From positions 1 to 64,000 of the forward strand of contig JAWMAR010000243.1 of NCBI GenBank assembly GCA_036785375.1: a stretch of 64,000 nucleotides of DNA, read 5' to 3'. Each line of letters opens with the position of its first letter. Positions within the stretch are counted from its first letter, which is position 1. The position numbers and the translations under genes were made by a program. Positions 61,018 to 64,000 of this stretch are shown one piece after another. The DNA comes from Leucoraja ocellata (Eukaryota). The notes beneath the pieces were generated by a model, which was not told the DNA's origin, did not search any database, and saw nothing but the letters and a program-made list of their open reading frames with translations.

Positions 61018-61304
61018 GTTTAAGAGGGAACTGCAGATGCTGGAAAATCGAAGGTACACAAAAATGCTGGAGAAACTCAGCGGGTGCAGCAGCATCTATG
61101 GAGCGAAGGAAATAGGCAACGTTTCGGGCCGAAACCCTTCAGGGTTTCTCCCTCACCTACGCTATATGGGAAGCTGAAAGCACTAACTTTACTGGATCTC
61201 CTTTCGATATTTGAACGAGCATCAGGGTTTCGGCCCGAAGCGTTGCCTATTTCTTTCGCTCCAGAGATGCTGCTGCACCCGCTGAGTTTCTCCAGCATGT
61301 TTGT
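61018..61304. mobile_element. Fold-back PLE-terminus element with 13-bp TSD and a locally templated spacer
   Basis: tcaagctatcagt at 61005-61017 and 61305-61317; inverted arms about 61058-61138 and 61224-61304. Confidence 0.85.
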
Positions 61305-61438
61305 TCAAGCTATCAGTACCGTGCGGGCCATTAACACTGGAGAGATGCTCGTTCAAATATCGAGAGGAGATCCAGTAAAGTTAGTGTTTTCAACTTCCCA
61401 TACAAATATTTGAAACATTGGTTAAATAATTCAAAGGT

Positions 61439-61519
61439 AGACAAAAATGCTGGAGAAACTCAGCGGGTGAGGCAGCATTTATGGAGCGAAGGAATAGGCG
61501 CCGAGACCCTTCTACAGAC
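61439..61519 (-). mobile_element. Single-arm PLE-terminus element with 12-bp TSD
   Basis: taattcaaaggt at 61427-61438 and 61520-61531. Confidence 0.8.
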
Positions 61520-62129
61520 TAATTCAAAGGTTTCCGCCCAGCTCAGTACCCGCGAAACAAACGCCATGGACACTTCTCGTTTCCTCGAGCGTAGGTGAGG
61601 GAGAAGAATATGAGATTTACTCCCCTTGAGCAGAACGAGTCTGGCCACTCGCAGACTCGGTAGATGATCATATAGCTTTGAATGAATAGACAATTAAACC
61701 ATCGCATGAAACAGAACTGTGAAGAATAAAAAAACAATAATATGATTCCACAAGCGCATTGAGTTTGAGGTCATTATTTAGCTACACCTGTATGTGAAAC
61801 TCAACTATGCACGGGGGAAGATACAGTCTCGGCAATTGGTCAAAATTCTCAAGCATCGCGTCTGTGGATAGTTCAGACTTCCCAAACCACATAAATAGGG
61901 AAAGGTGTAAGCACACGGGTTTATTTAATTACAAACATTTATAATTAGGACTGACAGTAAACTTACACGTTGCACATACATCCCATGATAGATACCCATG
62001 ATATTAAAATGGCCATGCGTTTACATACATTGTGATGGTAGAATAAACTCCCTTTTAGTTACAAACGTCTAATGGTTGGAGAAAACTTTTACAGTTATAT
62101 AAATCATCCATTCCTCAGTTCAATGCACG

Positions 62130-62212
62130 ACCCACCACCACCCCCCCCCCACCACCACCACCCACCAACCACCACCCCACCACCACCCCACCACCCACCA
62201 CCACCCCTCCCA
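62130..62212. repeat. Degenerate (CCA)n / C-rich simple repeat
   Basis: cccaccaccaccccc... tract. Confidence 0.85.
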
Positions 62213-62739
62213 ACCTTTCCTTCTCTGTATCCATGAACCACTTCTTTGGAAAGTGTCTTTAGACGAAGTGCATCGTGTTAACATTTAAGATTCATGATAT
62301 TTAGAGGACTTACACGTTAAAAAAAAACCGGCAGCGACATAGCATTCACTATAAATTACATTAAAACTCTGACATACAAATGTAGCCCCTTTTATCGTAA
62401 AAATGCAAGAAGATTGTGTTTTTGTTCCTAGTTATTTTTCGAGCGGTTAGGGAATTAGAGTTGGCGGGTGTCGGAGACGGGGATGGGGAAACAAGGCGAG
62501 AAACTCGTTTATTTGCTATATTGTGTACACCAGCATCTACAGTTCCTTGTGTACTCGTGTGTATTTACTGCTGACCTGGTAATGCGGTGCCTTGTCCCAA
62601 ACCGCCCAGTCACTGCAGGAAGCTCTGCAGCGGAGATGGGATCACACGGTCTCGGTTCTTCCCATGGACTTTAGTGGTTGGGTTACTGGTGGTCTCTGGT
62701 ACTTGTGTGTCTCAACATCTGTTTATAAACCGAGATGCC

Positions 62740-63140
62740 TGTATGCGTGTAGATGATTCGGCATATACTTGGGTGCTTGCGCGGGTGTGTATGCGTGCCT
62801 GTAAATGTGTGTTCATGTGTTTGCTTGTGTGTGTGAAAGTGTGTTTATGTAAATGTATTTGCGTGTGTGTGTGTGCGCGCGCTGGCCTTGGTATACATTT
62901 TATACCGAATATATCCGAACTAATGTCTGGGCTCCGTTTTTGTATTTGCATATATGTATATGAGTATTTTGACACGTGCATTTCTTGCTTATGTTAAAAT
63001 TTCTGTGCGTTTTGCATATGAGGATGTTTTGTTTGTGTGTGTGCTTGGGTGGATGTGCTTGTACGTGTTTATACTTTGGCGTTTATGTGTGACGTACATG
63101 TGTGTGTCTGTGCGTGTGTATGTATGTGTGTGTGTGCACG
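62740..63140. repeat. Degenerate (TG)n-rich region
   Basis: Interrupted gtgtgt runs. Confidence 0.85.
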
Positions 63141-64000
63141 GCTGGTGAGCCTCACCAAGCGAATGGACGGCCAAGCGGTGACAATAACCATACCTGAAAA
63201 GCAGGGCAAATTCGAAACAGCAAGATAGGTAGATTCTAATAAAACATTGAACTCAGCAAAATAAATGGGGGCCTTACTAAACAACGATCTGCCGATCAGA
63301 ACCAGTTACTAGATCACACTGTACAGTGGATACGGGGATTGTAATGTTGTCTTAATTCCTATTACAAACCCCAGACAACCCTCCCCCAACAGCTCATGCA
63401 CTGTTCCCAACCATGTAGATTGACCCATCTTGTACTCCCAGTTTTAGACGTTGTGTGATGAACATGAGGGGTCAGGCAGAACCAGAATTCAAACGTATTT
63501 CAATTCAGGATTCGAACACAAGTCATACATTCTCAATTATTTAAGATAGCCACACATTGCGAGAACAACTTCATTGGGGAACAATTCCACGGCTACTTTT
63601 ACATATAAGGAATAGTGCCTCATGCGCAGTTGACCACAACATGAGCGGCCGCCAACCCAACTATAATACTAATAATTTTGCTTTAGAATTAATTTACTGA
63701 GCATTGTAGATGACGCTTCCTCTATATGTTCGGGGTTTATTGCAGTGATTACATTTTCGTTATCCACACAGAAGCTTGTGTGTTTTATTTTAATCTGGCA
63801 ATATGTCTGGGGCATAATTATGGTAATATTTTTAAATGAAAACATCAAATTAGTTATTAGCGTTGCAATATGATTTTTTAATTTAACATTATTGCAGATT
63901 GCAAGGCTCATCTTTGTGGCTGGCGATTTATTTTCCTTTTGTCATTAAATCTTGGTTCTTATCTCGGTAATGCCTCGGATTACGGTTAAACCAGACTGCG

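Noticed and set aside
62587-63284. Cys/Val- and His/Thr-rich ORFs
   Set aside because: Translations of degenerate (TG)n repeats.
48000-64000. LHX3 coding exons
   Set aside because: No LIM or homeodomain coding sequence recognised in the window; LHX3 is inferred from synteny only.

Overview
Vertebrate nuclear DNA; the repeat content suggests a cartilaginous fish, probably a skate or ray (inference from recalled repeat families). The window holds (i) the last coding exon and probable ~3.1 kb 3' UTR of a CEP350-like gene, likely the CCDC187-type paralog (207-386, +); (ii) a complete 12-exon QSOX2 sulfhydryl oxidase gene (+, CDS 7382-44734, 2061 nt, 686 aa by my exon sum, all introns GT-AG and in phase) whose CpG-island promoter contains a tandemly duplicated CRE/GC-box module; and (iii) ~16 kb of gene-free, visibly CpG-richer DNA with enhancer-like blocks, where synteny predicts LHX3 just beyond the window. 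Non-coding DNA is full of CR1, Rex/Babar, Vingi/Ingi, Tc1, Harbinger-type MITE, Deu-type SINE and Penelope-like (PLE) relics. The most interesting signal is a family of roughly 30 short, often fold-back PLE-terminus elements with 12-16 bp target-site duplications. They carry a minimal type-I hammerhead ribozyme core (CUGANGA-A-stem-GAAA-CG-UH), and one copy has captured inverted copies of its own flanking DNA. Family names rest on recalled motifs, not database searches. There is one 322-nt assembly gap (59419-59740).
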